Below are positions 40,365 to 51,027 of a DNA stretch of 64,000 nucleotides, piece after piece; within the stretch, counting starts at the first letter, position 1; every line of letters begins with the position of its first letter. The stretch comes from a bacterium (GTDB lineage: Bacteria; RBG-13-61-14; DATKZS01). The notes below the pieces were generated by a model that was given only the letters and a program-made list of their open reading frames with translations, did no database searches and had not been told where the DNA came from. The translations under genes and the position numbers were made by a program. The stretch covers positions 1,088,001 to 1,152,000 of the forward strand of contig CAXXFL010000001.1 in assembly GCA_963674965.2 (NCBI GenBank). Reading direction: 5' to 3'.

Positions 40365-41582
40365 TTACTCGCCGCAATCGAGCGGCACGTTGAATATCGA
40401 GACCGTCCCGGCCTTGTCGCCGGTGAGGATAAGGTCTATGTGGGCGTCGGCGCATCCCTTGGCCTCGGCGGAGAAGGTATAATCCACGCCGGCGGGAAGC
40501 GAAAGCTGGTATTCGCCCTTTGGGCCGCTTTCCACGCGGGTCACGATTTCACTTTTCCCTTTTTCCCTGACCAGGATGACCGCTCCGGACAGGGGCATGC
40601 AGGTCGTGAGGTCGCCTTGATCGAGGTCCCGCGGCTTGCAGGATTTTTTATCCACCACCTGCCCCTTGACGGAATGCATGGCCTGGTTCGACAGCTCGAG
40701 GGGTATGGCCACCGAGTAAATGTCCTCCAGGCCGTACCCCCCGGACCTGTTGCTGGCCAGATAGGCCAGGTCGCCCGAGGCCGGGATAGTAAAATAGATG
40801 TCGGCCATGGGAGTATTGATTATCTTGCCCATGTTGACGGGCTCGGAAAACTTGCCGTCCGCGAGAATGGAATAGAACACGTCGAAACCGCCCAGGCCCC
40901 CGTGTCCGTTCGAGCTGAAATAAAGCGTCTTTCCGTCCTGGTGCATCATCACGTGCAGTTCGTCGTCGGGCGTATTGACGGGCTCCTCGAGCCTCTGGGC
41001 GGGGCCCCACTTGCCGTCTTCAAAGTAGGACGCGAAAATGTCGAAGTCTTTTTTCTCCGTTCCTTCCCTGGGCCTGTCCGAGACAAAGTAAAGACTTTTC
41101 CCGTCATGGGAAACGGAGGCGTTCGAGTCCTTATAGATGGAATTTATCTCGGGTCCCATCCGCTCGACGTCGGCCCAGGGCTTGTCGGGGGACTCCCGCC
41201 TGGCGGTAAAGATATCGCAGATACCCGGCTGCTCAAGCTGGTCGCACCTGGTGAAGTACATGGTTTTCAGGTCCACGGAAATCGAGTCGGGCCCCTCGTG
41301 GTACTTGGTGTTGATCGGCGCTCCCAGGTTGACGGGCTCGGTCCATTGCCCATCGACCCTTCGCGAGGCCCACACGTCCTGGTTGCCCAATCCTCCTTCC
41401 CGGTCGGAGGTGTAGTAAAGCCAGTTGCCGTCGGCCGTGACTATTGGCCCGAAGTCGGAGTCGGGAGAATTGACGAGGGGCCCCAGGTTAACCGGCTCTT
41501 GTCCGAGGGCCGAGCCGGCGGCCCATAAGGCGAATAAAAAGACGAGTGAGCCGACGGTCCAGGGAAATGCAAAATCTTTCAT
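40365..41582 (-). CDS. PD40 (WD40-like) beta-propeller protein with carboxypeptidase-regulatory-like domain
   Basis: Repeated NLG..IN...D..P.I..DG..LYF.S.R.GG.G..DI motifs. Signal peptide. Confidence 0.85.
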   Translation of the reverse strand: MKDFAFPWTVGSLVFLFALWAAGSALGQEPVNLGPLVNSPDSDFGPIVTADGNWLYYTSDREGGLGNQDVWASRRVDGQWTEPVNLGAPINTKYHEGPDSISVDLKTMYFTRCDQLEQPGICDIFTARRESPDKPWADVERMGPEINSIYKDSNASVSHDGKSLYFVSDRPREGTEKKDFDIFASYFEDGKWGPAQRLEEPVNTPDDELHVMMHQDGKTLYFSSNGHGGLGGFDVFYSILADGKFSEPVNMGKIINTPMADIYFTIPASGDLAYLASNRSGGYGLEDIYSVAIPLELSNQAMHSVKGQVVDKKSCKPRDLDQGDLTTCMPLSGAVILVREKGKSEIVTRVESGPKGEYQLSLPAGVDYTFSAEAKGCADAHIDLILTGDKAGTVSIFNVPLDCGE

Positions 41583-41695
41583 CGCTCGTTCCTTTCCTTG
41601 CTCCGAGGCGCTCGAGCCCGCCGAGCGCCGCGCAAAGCGCCAATAAAAAGCGCGCGACCCCCTATGACCGCGCGCCGGCTCGATGTTATATCAAA

Positions 41696-42865
41696 CTAGC
41701 GTACGGGTACCCTGATAATGACGTTCGTGCCCAGGATGACCGCCCCGTCGCTCCTTCTAATGTCCTCCAGTTCCCTCTTGGTAAAGATATCGCGGTTCGC
41801 CGCCAGCAGCCTGGACCAGGCCTCGGGGTTTCCGTAATGCTTGTTGGCCACGTCCCGCAGGCTCTCGTTGGCCCCCGTCCTGTACTCGGTGAAGTTAAAT
41901 CCGCCGGGCACGTACTTGGCGTCGATTACGGTAACCACAACTCCCGACCTGGTTAGGCTCACGTCGTAGGCGGTAAGTTTTTTCAGGTTTATGACCACCC
42001 TTGTCTTGTCGTAATGCTGTCCCACCTTGATGCTCTTGACGCCGGCGAAGGACAGGTTATAAACGCTCTGGGAGGTGGCGTCACCCAGCCCGGGAAAATC
42101 CACGACGATTCGGGGGGGCCGGCTAAGGTCGAAGTCGACGAAGTCCCGAACCCTTCCGTTGGTCAGGATGAGTATTTGAAGGCCGTCCTCGATGGTGCGG
42201 TAGAGGACGTCTCCCACCACCGTGGCCGATCCGCCGCCGCCGGGGCCGGGCATCTGGACCAGCATGGGCGAATACTGGGAGGTGGCCTTGACCTGAGGAG
42301 AAGCCGCCACCCTGGCCGGTCCTCCCGGCCCGTAGGGCTGGGGAGGCGCGCCGGTCTCGAGACGGATCAACTCCTCCTTGGCCTCCTCGTAGGGAAGCGT
42401 ATCGTCGCCCATGCCCTCGTCCTTGCCCGTGGCCTCGAGGATAAGGGCCACCGAGCTCATCCTGTTGTCCAGGCGATAGGTCACGTCCCTCTTGACGTGG
42501 ACCACCACCCGGACCACGGGAACGGACATGGCCGTCAAAGGCCGGACCTCGACGTCGGTTATAAGGTCGGAGCCGCCCACGTTAAGCCGGTCCTGCATGC
42601 CGGACGCCATGGCCGCGGCCTTGACGTCCACGGCCACGACCCTTTCCTCCATGATGAAGGGATAGGCGTCCATGGCCCCGTTTCCAGTGATCAGGACCTG
42701 GTTGCCCTCGGGCACGGAGACCTCGGTCACCATCACCTCGGCGCCGGGCACGTAGCCCTCGGCGTCGGTGAAAATCGAGGAGTCCTTCTGGCAAAACGAC
42801 ATGGTCGCCGCGACCATGACAAGAAGCGCTATACCCGCCGCTTTCCGCGTAACCCAGTGATCCAT
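41696..42865 (-). CDS. AMIN-domain protein with C-terminal LysM-like domain
   Basis: LSRPPRIVVDFPG...IKVGQH..KTRVVINL (AMIN). ESLRDVANKHYGNPEAWSRLLAAN (LysM-like). Confidence 0.75.
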   Translation of the reverse strand: MDHWVTRKAAGIALLVMVAATMSFCQKDSSIFTDAEGYVPGAEVMVTEVSVPEGNQVLITGNGAMDAYPFIMEERVVAVDVKAAAMASGMQDRLNVGGSDLITDVEVRPLTAMSVPVVRVVVHVKRDVTYRLDNRMSSVALILEATGKDEGMGDDTLPYEEAKEELIRLETGAPPQPYGPGGPARVAASPQVKATSQYSPMLVQMPGPGGGGSATVVGDVLYRTIEDGLQILILTNGRVRDFVDFDLSRPPRIVVDFPGLGDATSQSVYNLSFAGVKSIKVGQHYDKTRVVINLKKLTAYDVSLTRSGVVVTVIDAKYVPGGFNFTEYRTGANESLRDVANKHYGNPEAWSRLLAANRDIFTKRELEDIRRSDGAVILGTNVIIRVPVR

Positions 42866-42876
42866 TTTTGCGCCTC

Positions 42877-44451
42877 CTACTGGATGATCTTGAATTCCAC
42901 TCGGCGGTTGAGCTGCCTTCCCTCGTCCGTCGCGTTCGACGCGATTGGCATCCGCTCACCGTAACCATGCGCGACCAGCCTGGAGGGGACTATGCCCCCC
43001 TGCATGAGGTACGTGTAAACCGACTGGGCCCGCCTCTGGCTGAGCTTGATATTGTATTGGTCGCTTCCCTTCGAGTCGGTGTGTCCACCGACCTCGATCC
43101 TTACCTGGGGGTTGGCGTTAAGCCACCTGATGGCGTTGTTCAGACTGTTTTGCGACTCGGGCCTGAGGGTCGCCTTGTCGAAGTCGAAGTAGATGTTGTT
43201 GACCACGAAGGCGACGTCGACCTTGGCCGGAGTGAGCAGGATGTTCTTCTCGATGATCTCGTACACCTGGGTCTGGGCAACGTTGAAGCGCTCGGAGTGG
43301 AAGGTGTATCCCGTGGCCGTGGCGGTGACCGAATAGTCCCGGCCCGCCGGGATCACGACCTGATAGAAGCCGGTGGGCCCGGTCACGCTCTCCTTAATCA
43401 GAGTGTCGGTCATGACGTCGGCCAGCCTGACCACCGACCGGTCGATGGGCGTGCAGGTCCGAATGTCGTAAACCGCGGCCCCCGACGCGGGGTCGGCGGA
43501 GGGCGGCGCGCAGGTGTTCTTGTCGGCCACGATGCCCTTGACGATGATGACGCCCGGGCCCCCGATATCGAGGGGAACCGGAACGGAGTAGATGTCCTCG
43601 ACGCCGTAGGTCCCGGTCCTGGTGCTGGCCAGGTAGGCCAGGTCGCCCGAGGCGGGGATGGTGAAGTACATGTCGTTGTCGGGAGTGTTTATAAGGGGCC
43701 CAAGGTTCTTGGGCTTGGTGAACTCGCCGTTCTCGATCCTGCTGACCAGGATGTCCGCGCCCCCGAAACCGCCGTGGCCGTCGGAGCTGAAATACAGGTT
43801 CACGTCGTTCTGGTGGATCATGACGTGTATTTCGTTGCCCGTGGTGTTGATCTCCGGTCCCAGCCTCTCGGGTTTTCCCCACCTGTCGCCGTTCTTCACG
43901 GACCGGTAAATGTCCCAGTTCCTTCTTTTGTCGGAGGTGGGACGGTTGGACACGAAATAAAGGACGTTGCCGTCGTAGCTGAGGGAGGCGTTGGCGTCGT
44001 TATGTCGGGAGTTGATTTCCTGAATGGCCTTCACGTTTCCCCAGGTCTCTTTACCCTCGTCCCAGTACGCGGTGTAAATGTCGCAAGTGCCGGGCTCTCC
44101 GGTCTTGTCGCACCGGGTAAAGAACATCACCCTCTCGTCGACGGAGAAGGTGTCGGGACCCTCGTTATACTTGGTGTTGATCTTGTCGCCCAGGTTTACC
44201 GGCTCGCTCCACTCGCCGTTCACCCGCCTCGAGACCCAGATGTCCTGGCCCCCGAAGCCCCCGCTCCGGTCGGACGTAAAGTAAAGAGCGTTGCCGTCCG
44301 CCGTCACGATGGGCCCGAAGTCCGAGTCGGGCCCGTTCACCACCGGACCCAGGTTGGTCGCCTCGTCCAGCACCTGCGCCGTCAGGGCGTACCCGATCAA
44401 CATCAAGCATGCCAGCGTCAACGCCGCAACCGATACCCTCATCTTTCGCAT
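42877..44451 (-). CDS. PD40 beta-propeller + OmpA_C peptidoglycan-binding protein
   Basis: PD40 repeats, then NIYFDFDKATLRPES...GHTDSKGSDQYNIKLSQRRA...GYGE..P...NRRVEF. Confidence 0.9.
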   Translation of the reverse strand: MRKMRVSVAALTLACLMLIGYALTAQVLDEATNLGPVVNGPDSDFGPIVTADGNALYFTSDRSGGFGGQDIWVSRRVNGEWSEPVNLGDKINTKYNEGPDTFSVDERVMFFTRCDKTGEPGTCDIYTAYWDEGKETWGNVKAIQEINSRHNDANASLSYDGNVLYFVSNRPTSDKRRNWDIYRSVKNGDRWGKPERLGPEINTTGNEIHVMIHQNDVNLYFSSDGHGGFGGADILVSRIENGEFTKPKNLGPLINTPDNDMYFTIPASGDLAYLASTRTGTYGVEDIYSVPVPLDIGGPGVIIVKGIVADKNTCAPPSADPASGAAVYDIRTCTPIDRSVVRLADVMTDTLIKESVTGPTGFYQVVIPAGRDYSVTATATGYTFHSERFNVAQTQVYEIIEKNILLTPAKVDVAFVVNNIYFDFDKATLRPESQNSLNNAIRWLNANPQVRIEVGGHTDSKGSDQYNIKLSQRRAQSVYTYLMQGGIVPSRLVAHGYGERMPIASNATDEGRQLNRRVEFKIIQ

Positions 44452-44509
44452 CAGCTTGACCTCCTCCCCTCCTTGGGCCCCGCTCGGGGCTCGACATGTT
44501 CGGCCGCCG

Positions 44510-45826
44510 TCAGCGGATGGAAATTTCCACGCGCCTGTTCAGCGGATTACCGCTGGCGGGATCGTTGGCCTCGGCCGGCCTCGTCTCGCCATAGAATGAA
44601 ATAGAAACACGGTCGGGGTTGATCCGGTTGTTAACCAGATATTTGTACACCGATCCGGCCCTCCGTTTGGAAAGGCCCATGTTGTAATCATCATTGCCCA
44701 CCGAGCAGGCGTGGCCTTGAAGCTCGATCTCGACGTTGGGGTTCTCGTTCATGAGATTGATGACCCTGTCGAGCTTGGCCGTCTCGGATGGCCTGACGTT
44801 GTCCTTGTCGAAGTCGAAGTATACGGTCTCGATGTGGCCGGCGCTGGGTCCGGTCCGCCTTCTCGAGCTGGGCATGTACTTGGGCCGCCTGGCGATGACC
44901 TGGGGATCGAGGAAAATGTCAAGAGGAACAACGTAAATGTCCTCCATGCCCGAGCCCCCGCTCATGTTCGAGCTGAAATAGGCCACGTCGCCCGAGGCCG
45001 GGATCGAGAAGTACATGTCGTTTCCCGCCGTGTTGACCACGTCCATGTTCTCCGGCTCGCTCCAGACGCCGGGGCTGGTCTCCTTGGACCTGAAAACGTC
45101 CGCGCCGCCCTCGCCGCCGTGGCCGTTCGAGCTGAAGTAAAGATACCCGTCGGCCGCGTGAAAAAAGGCCACCCCCTCCCACTGGGGAGTATTGACCGGG
45201 GCGCCCAGGTTCTCGGGCTCGTCCCAGTTGCCGTCGTCGCCCAGACGGCAACGCCAGATGTCGTAGCTGGCCTCGTTCTTGAGACGCTTGGGACCGGGAC
45301 CGTCAATGCCGCCGGGACGGGTCGAGGTGAAGTAAAGGGTCTGGTTGATATAGTCCCAACTGGCGTTGGCGTCGGAATAATCGGTATTGATGGGCCAGCC
45401 CACGTCGCGGGGCTTGGACCAGGTCTTGCCGCTGATACGCTCGCTCACGTAGACGTCGCAAAGCCCGTCGTCGGTGGGGTTGCAATAAGTAAGGTAAAGG
45501 TATTGCTTATCCTCACCCCACACGAAGCAGTCGGGGCCCTGGTTGAGCTTGTTGTTGATGGGCAGGCCAACGTTTTCCGGCTCGCTCCACTTACCGTCCT
45601 TTCTCTCGGAAACCCAGATGTCCTGGCCTCCATAACCGCCCTCGCGGTCGGACGTGAAATAAAGATAATTGCCGTCGGGCGATACGATGGGCGCGAAATC
45701 GGAGGAGTCTGAATTCAGCCCGCCGCTTAAATTACGTACCTCCGGTGACAACGCCAGGGCCACGAACGGGGCCGCGACCAGGAGCGATAAAGCGACAAGG
45801 ATTAAGCTCTTAAGCAAACCTTTCAT
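44510..45826 (-). CDS. PD40 beta-propeller + OmpA_C protein
   Basis: PD40 repeats, then VYFDFDK...GHACSVG...YNMGLSKRRA...NRRVEI. Start at MKGLLK after GAGG. Confidence 0.88.
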   Translation of the reverse strand: MKGLLKSLILVALSLLVAAPFVALALSPEVRNLSGGLNSDSSDFAPIVSPDGNYLYFTSDREGGYGGQDIWVSERKDGKWSEPENVGLPINNKLNQGPDCFVWGEDKQYLYLTYCNPTDDGLCDVYVSERISGKTWSKPRDVGWPINTDYSDANASWDYINQTLYFTSTRPGGIDGPGPKRLKNEASYDIWRCRLGDDGNWDEPENLGAPVNTPQWEGVAFFHAADGYLYFSSNGHGGEGGADVFRSKETSPGVWSEPENMDVVNTAGNDMYFSIPASGDVAYFSSNMSGGSGMEDIYVVPLDIFLDPQVIARRPKYMPSSRRRTGPSAGHIETVYFDFDKDNVRPSETAKLDRVINLMNENPNVEIELQGHACSVGNDDYNMGLSKRRAGSVYKYLVNNRINPDRVSISFYGETRPAEANDPASGNPLNRRVEISIR

Positions 45827-46239
45827 TTCCCACCTCTTAAATCTTCCATAATTATGTCCCTCATATTGATTTTCCGGTTCTTTCCCCACCTAATCTCTAT
45901 ACCATTTGGGGCAAGGCATGTCAACAATTTCATGCCAAACGACCAAATAAGTCGCGAGCCCCGGCTCGGCCGGAAACATGAAAAACCGTCTCCGGCCTCA
46001 GCCGTCCATGGCGGGGCCTTTTTATATTTAGTTATAACCCTTTATCCGACGCTCTCGCCGGTCTTTACCCGATACGTATAAAAAAATCTTTCCAGATACA
46101 AAATTAGATTGAAATTATCTTAGTTTATCTCGCTTATTATTTCAAGGCCAAATAACGCAAAATCAACCACCGGCCGGGGTCGTCGTCTTGAAAAATACAA
46201 AATTTCCCCGTTATTTCAGCCGCTTCCATTGCCGAGACC

Positions 46240-47271
46240 TTACGGCTCCACGTATACCACCTGCACGTCCGAAGGCCCGCTCATATTGGCCGGATAGGTA
46301 TTGTCCATGGCCCTTACCATATACTCGTACTCCGTGCCCCGCCTGGCCGACTTGTCAAGATATTCGGTCTCAACTATCGGCTCGGCAAACAAAGCCCCGT
46401 ATTCTCCCAGTCCCCTTAACCTTCGATATACGATGTATCCTTTAACGTCCGGCTCCGGCGACCTCATCCATTTCATCTTAACGCCGGCCCCGGACCAGAT
46501 GGCGGTAAAGCCCCGGACCGGGTCGGGAGGGACCCGGTCGTTGGGTACGACCTCGGCCACGGGAGGGGCCTCACCCTCGACCGGCGCGGCCTTGGCCGAA
46601 ACGATAACCGGCCTTACCTGATAATAATATCTCTCGCCGTTCTTCAAGGGGCCGTCGGAAAAGGAGTTGTCCGTAATGGGCTCCGAGTTTATGGGCCGCC
46701 AGGGAAAGACGCCGGGCTTATTCGAGCGGTAGAGGTTAACCGGCGAGTCGGCCGGAACTCCGGGCGGAAATTCCCAGGCAAGGTCGGCGTGCCCGTCTCC
46801 TCCCCGCGCGACGAGGACCGAGGGGCCGGGGGGCGGGTCAAGGTTCTGGACCTTGGCGGGGGCCGAGGGCTCGCCTCGCCTGTCCCCGTCGGAAACGCCC
46901 CGCACGGAGTAGCGGACGTGATCGAACAGTTGCACGGAACAGTCGCGATACTCCGTTTCGCCGATTATATCCACTACCCGGTAGGCGGGACTCTCGCCCT
47001 CCTCCGGCTCGTCGGCTTTCAGTATCTCGTAGCGGGCGGCCGAGGTCTTCTCGGGAAGGTCGGGCTTCGGGGCCGTCCAGCTAAGCTCGACGCAACCCTC
47101 CCGCGTCCGGGCCGTGAGGTTGCCGGGGGCGTCGGGGGCCGGAACGATGGGCGGCTTGGGAGGCCCCTTTACGCCGCACGAACATAATAAAAAGAGCGCC
47201 AACGAAAACGCGGCCGCCCCGGAAAGGGCTGGCGAGCGGCGACTTGTCCGGCCGTAAATTCTCGCTCTCAT
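46240..47271 (-). CDS. Fibronectin type III repeat lipoprotein
   Basis: Lipobox CS-C, GVKGPPKPP and three Fn3 modules (LSW...Y...Y.VR). Confidence 0.8.
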   Translation of the reverse strand: MRARIYGRTSRRSPALSGAAAFSLALFLLCSCGVKGPPKPPIVPAPDAPGNLTARTREGCVELSWTAPKPDLPEKTSAARYEILKADEPEEGESPAYRVVDIIGETEYRDCSVQLFDHVRYSVRGVSDGDRRGEPSAPAKVQNLDPPPGPSVLVARGGDGHADLAWEFPPGVPADSPVNLYRSNKPGVFPWRPINSEPITDNSFSDGPLKNGERYYYQVRPVIVSAKAAPVEGEAPPVAEVVPNDRVPPDPVRGFTAIWSGAGVKMKWMRSPEPDVKGYIVYRRLRGLGEYGALFAEPIVETEYLDKSARRGTEYEYMVRAMDNTYPANMSGPSDVQVVYVEP

Positions 47272-47275
47272 TGCG

Positions 47276-48004
47276 TCATCCTCCCTTGGCGACCCTTATC
47301 GCCTCGGCAAGGTCAAGCGTGCCCTCGTAGATGGCCCTTCCCGTGATTACCCCGGTTATTCCCTCCGGCTCGAGCTTGGCCAGGGCCCTGACGTGATCGA
47401 TGGTTTTAACTCCGCCCGAGGCGATAATAGGGATATCCACCGCCCTGGCCAGGGCCAGAGTGCTCTCGATGGAAGGTCCCGTCATCATGCCGTCCCTGGC
47501 GATGTCCGTGTATATGATGGCCGCCGCGCCCAGGCCCTCGTAACGCCGGGCCAGCTCGACGGCGGGCAGGTCCGTGACCTCGGCCCAACCCCGGATCGAG
47601 ACGAGGGAGTCCTTGGCGTCGATGCCTATCACGATGGCGCCGGGAAAAAGGGCGCAGGCCTCCCTGGCCAGGTCCGGGTCCTTATGGGCCACCGTGCCCA
47701 GGATTATCCTTTTCACTCCCGACTCGAGATAATCCTCGATGGTGGCAAGGTCTCGAACCCCGCCTCCCAGCTCGATGGGAGCGGACGAGGCGCGGGCGAT
47801 GGCGAGGACCGCGTCTCGGTTCACCGGCTTTCCCGCGAAGGCCCCGTCCAGGTCCACGACGTGGATAAGCTCGGCCCCCAGGCCGGCCCACCTCGAGGCC
47901 ATGGCGGCCGGGTCGTCCGAGTACCTGGTGTCCCGGTCCATCAGGCCCTGCTCGAGTCTGACGACTTTTCCTTCCTTTAAATCAATGGCCGGTATTACCT
48001 GCAA
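47276..48004 (-). CDS. hisA: ProFAR isomerase
   Basis: [47 protein letters not shown] start. Confidence 0.97.
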   Translation of the reverse strand: MQVIPAIDLKEGKVVRLEQGLMDRDTRYSDDPAAMASRWAGLGAELIHVVDLDGAFAGKPVNRDAVLAIARASSAPIELGGGVRDLATIEDYLESGVKRIILGTVAHKDPDLAREACALFPGAIVIGIDAKDSLVSIRGWAEVTDLPAVELARRYEGLGAAAIIYTDIARDGMMTGPSIESTLALARAVDIPIIASGGVKTIDHVRALAKLEPEGITGVITGRAIYEGTLDLAEAIRVAKGG

Positions 48005-48037
48005 AGGATTTCCTCTTCGCGGCCCGAGGCCGCTCTC

Positions 48038-48754
48038 CTATTTTTTCCCACCCGGAGACTTGTCCTTTTTAGCCGGGGCCCAGGGAAGAACCGACGCGAC
48101 CTCGGCCGCGGCCTCCACCGACATTTGCTCGACCGTGATCCACTTCCCGCCGCGCTTGATGAACTGGGGAAGGGTGAGAAGGTTGTCCGATAAAGGCGCC
48201 TGCTCGTCTCCATATCCAGCGCTCCAAAGGACTTCCCCGCCGGCCGGGTCGATCAGGTGAAGACTGAAGGAAAGGGCCGCCGGGGTACCCGAGGCGTAAG
48301 AGTTGCCGCTCCTGTCCCGGTAGCAATAGATGAATCCGGTTAGGACCGCGTCGGCCTCGACCTCGGAGCCGATCGCCTTTTCCCAGCCCAGGGCCGAGGT
48401 AAGGTCCACCCCTCCCTTTTTTTTGAGCCGCGCCCGCGCCTCGTTGATCTCCGCCTGGGGCACGAGGGTCACCTCCGTTTTAATCCCCTCCAGGGCGTGA
48501 GCGATGGACCTTGACAGCTCGGCCTCGGCCGCTTCGGAGATCGAGCAGGCCGGAAAGGACCACTTGATCGCGGGGCACTCGGCCCGGAGTTCCTTGCCCG
48601 GAGGGGCAACGCGCTTCAAGGGAAGAAAGGCCACGCGGGAGATTTTCCTTCCCTCCAGGCCGGGGGCCTTCTCGATCCTTACGTCGGCCGCCCGGACGGT
48701 ACCGCAGGCGATGAAAAGGGGCAGCGCGAAAAGAATAATTTTTTTAGCTTCCAT
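48038..48754 (-). CDS. Hypothetical lipoprotein-like protein
   Basis: FIA-C lipobox-like motif and RVAFLP...ADAVLTG... pattern (CsgG/TolB-N-like fold suspected). Overlaps the hisH stop. Confidence 0.6.
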   Translation of the reverse strand: MEAKKIILFALPLFIACGTVRAADVRIEKAPGLEGRKISRVAFLPLKRVAPPGKELRAECPAIKWSFPACSISEAAEAELSRSIAHALEGIKTEVTLVPQAEINEARARLKKKGGVDLTSALGWEKAIGSEVEADAVLTGFIYCYRDRSGNSYASGTPAALSFSLHLIDPAGGEVLWSAGYGDEQAPLSDNLLTLPQFIKRGGKWITVEQMSVEAAAEVASVLPWAPAKKDKSPGGKK

Positions 48755-49394
48755 TTACCATCTCTCCGAAGTTCCTGAGCAGCCGAAGGCCCAGGTTCTG
48801 GCTTTTTTCCGGATGGAACTGACAGGCGAAAACGTTGTCCCGCGCCACGCTCGAGGCGAACTCGATCCCGTACTCGGTGCTGGTGGCGATAATGGACTTA
48901 TCCTCCGGCGCGACGTGGAAGGAGTGCACGAAATAAAAATACGAGCCCTCCTCGATGCCCGATAAAACGGTCGCGTCGGACTTTATGCTCACCTTGTTCC
49001 AGCCCATGTGAGGGACCTTTAAATAGTGCTCCTCATCCGGCCCGGCCTCGGGGTCGGGCATGTCGTCGGGAAAACGTGTGACCTTGCCCTTGAAGACGTC
49101 CAGGCCCGGATGAATCCCGAACTCCTCGCTCTGGGTAAACAAGGCCTGAAGCCCAAGGCAAATGCCGAGAAAGGGCTTGCCGCCGTCGATGGCGCCGAGG
49201 ATGGCGCCGATCAAGTCATGCTTTTCCAGGTTCAACATGCAGTCGCGAAAGGCGCCCACGCCCGGAAGCACCACTCCCGAGGCGTTAGCCACGTCCCGTT
49301 TCTCGCTCGTGACCCTGGCCTCGAGGCCGAGCCTCTCGAGGGCCTTGTGCACGCTCCTTAGATTGCCCATGCCATAGTCTATGATGGCGATCAT
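48744..49394 (-). CDS. hisH: Imidazole glycerol phosphate synthase subunit HisH
   Basis: IIDYGMGNLRSV, LPGVGAF, GICLGLQ, VPHMGWN, YFVHSF, QFHPEKS. Confidence 0.97.
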   Translation of the reverse strand: MIAIIDYGMGNLRSVHKALERLGLEARVTSEKRDVANASGVVLPGVGAFRDCMLNLEKHDLIGAILGAIDGGKPFLGICLGLQALFTQSEEFGIHPGLDVFKGKVTRFPDDMPDPEAGPDEEHYLKVPHMGWNKVSIKSDATVLSGIEEGSYFYFVHSFHVAPEDKSIIATSTEYGIEFASSVARDNVFACQFHPEKSQNLGLRLLRNFGEMVNGS

Positions 49395-49439
49395 ATATAT
49401 CTCCGCCGGGCGCCGCGAAACATTCGGCGCCTTTTCCTT

Positions 49440-50042
49440 TTAATCCAGGGCGTCCTTAGTGGACAACACGCCCTTTATCCGAGGATCGAGGGACACGGCC
49501 TGGCCGATGGCCCGGCCCGCAGCCTTGAAGGCCGCCTCAAGGGCGTGATGATAGTTGTCCCCGTACTCGAGTTTTATATGCAGGTTGATCCGGGCCGCCG
49601 AGGCGAGGGCCTGGAAGAACTCGCGGGCCAGGTTGCAGTCGAACTCCCACCGCGCTCGCTCGGGTATCTCGACGTTGTAAACCAAAAATGGCCTTCCCGA
49701 GAAATCGGCCGCGGCCCAGGCCAGGGACTCGTCCATGGGGACGTGGGCCTGGCCGAACCGTCTTATGCCCCGCTTGTCTCCGACCGCCTTGGCGATGGCC
49801 TCGCCGAGCACCAGTCCCAAGTCCTCGGCCGTGTGGTGGTCGTCCACCTCGACGTCGCCCTCCGCCCGGAGGACAAGGTCGAACAAGGCGTGCTTGGACA
49901 AGGCCGTCACCATGTGGTCCATAAAGGCCACCGGGCCCTTGACGTCGATCTTTCCCGAGCCGTCAAGGTCGAGCTCGGCCGAGATATTCGTCTCGGCCGT
50001 CGTCCGCTCGACCTTTACTGCGCGTTTCGATGATTGTCCCAT
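49440..50042 (-). CDS. hisB: Imidazoleglycerol-phosphate dehydratase
   Basis: RTTAET, FMDHM, DDHHTAED, PMDES, NYHHALEAAFKA, STK. Start at ATG 50042. Confidence 0.96.
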   Translation of the reverse strand: MGQSSKRAVKVERTTAETNISAELDLDGSGKIDVKGPVAFMDHMVTALSKHALFDLVLRAEGDVEVDDHHTAEDLGLVLGEAIAKAVGDKRGIRRFGQAHVPMDESLAWAAADFSGRPFLVYNVEIPERARWEFDCNLAREFFQALASAARINLHIKLEYGDNYHHALEAAFKAAGRAIGQAVSLDPRIKGVLSTKDALD

Positions 50043-50071
50043 CCCGTCTCCACGCCGGCGGGGTCCGGCTG

Positions 50072-50878
50072 TCAGGTCACGACCGCGGAGGCGTAAGCCA
50101 CCACGTCGCCATAGTCGCCGGTCACGTCGCCGGAATTCCTGTAGTCTATCACCTCGGCCGAGGTCGCGCCCCGCTCGAGGGCGTAAATCAGCATCACCGA
50201 CGCGGGTATGACCCCGCACATGGTGATCCGCTTTCCCAGCACCACCTCGTAAAGTCCCTTCGGGTCCAGGGCCTTTATCCTTGCAAGGGCCAGGTCGTCC
50301 TTTTTTCGGGCCGACTCGGCGCTCTCGAAGTGAGTCATGTCCGAGCTGGCCACCACCAGGGTTTCCTCCCCGGCCTCCTCGGCCGCCCCCGCCAGGGCCC
50401 CGCCCAGATCGAGGCACTCGGAATAAGAGAGCCGTCCCAGCGAGATGGGCGTCAGCTTGAAGTCGGGCCGGAAATACTGGAGAAAGGGCACGTGCACCTC
50501 GAGGGAGTGCTCGCCCGCGTGGGCCCTCTCGTCCTCGATCAGGAGCCCGGTCCTCGCCTTGATCCGGGAGCCCATGTCCTTGTCCAGCTCCGTCTCCCCG
50601 GTGGGCAGGACCCAGGAACCCTCGCTCATGACCGCCGCCTTAGCGCCCACGCCCCGGTGATTGGGACAGAGCACTATCACCCGGCCGGGTATCTCGACGC
50701 TTCCGTATAGGATTCCCGCGCCCTTGCCCGAGTACATCCAGCCCGCGTGCGGACCCATAACCCCGATGGCGGAACGCTTAAGATCGGCCTTAACCACCAT
50801 CTCGGAGATCATGCGCCTGGCCCGATCGCCGTCGCCGGGATAAAATTGCCCCGCCACCGCCGGCGCCCGTTTTTTCAT
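50072..50878 (-). CDS. amrB: AmmeMemoRadiSam system protein B (MEMO1 family)
   Basis: PAVAGQFYP, PHAGWMYSG, EHSLEV, ASSDMTH, TMCG, VVAYA. Confidence 0.9.
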   Translation of the reverse strand: MKKRAPAVAGQFYPGDGDRARRMISEMVVKADLKRSAIGVMGPHAGWMYSGKGAGILYGSVEIPGRVIVLCPNHRGVGAKAAVMSEGSWVLPTGETELDKDMGSRIKARTGLLIEDERAHAGEHSLEVHVPFLQYFRPDFKLTPISLGRLSYSECLDLGGALAGAAEEAGEETLVVASSDMTHFESAESARKKDDLALARIKALDPKGLYEVVLGKRITMCGVIPASVMLIYALERGATSAEVIDYRNSGDVTGDYGDVVAYASAVVT

Positions 50879-51027
50879 GGCCGAACCTCCCATGCCCGGT
50901 GGGCGAGAAATTTCGCCCGAAACTTTATTTTACTTTATCCGAGGCCTTATTGAAAGAATCCAATAAAAAATGGCGATAAAAAAGCCGCCCCTCCGGACGG
51001 CTTCAGGTTTATATGAGGAGGCCTTTG

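Noticed and set aside
50043-50417. 125-aa N-terminal extension of hisB in the ORF track
   Set aside because: Overlaps amrB in another frame; HisB homology starts near ATG 50042, which has a GGAG SD.
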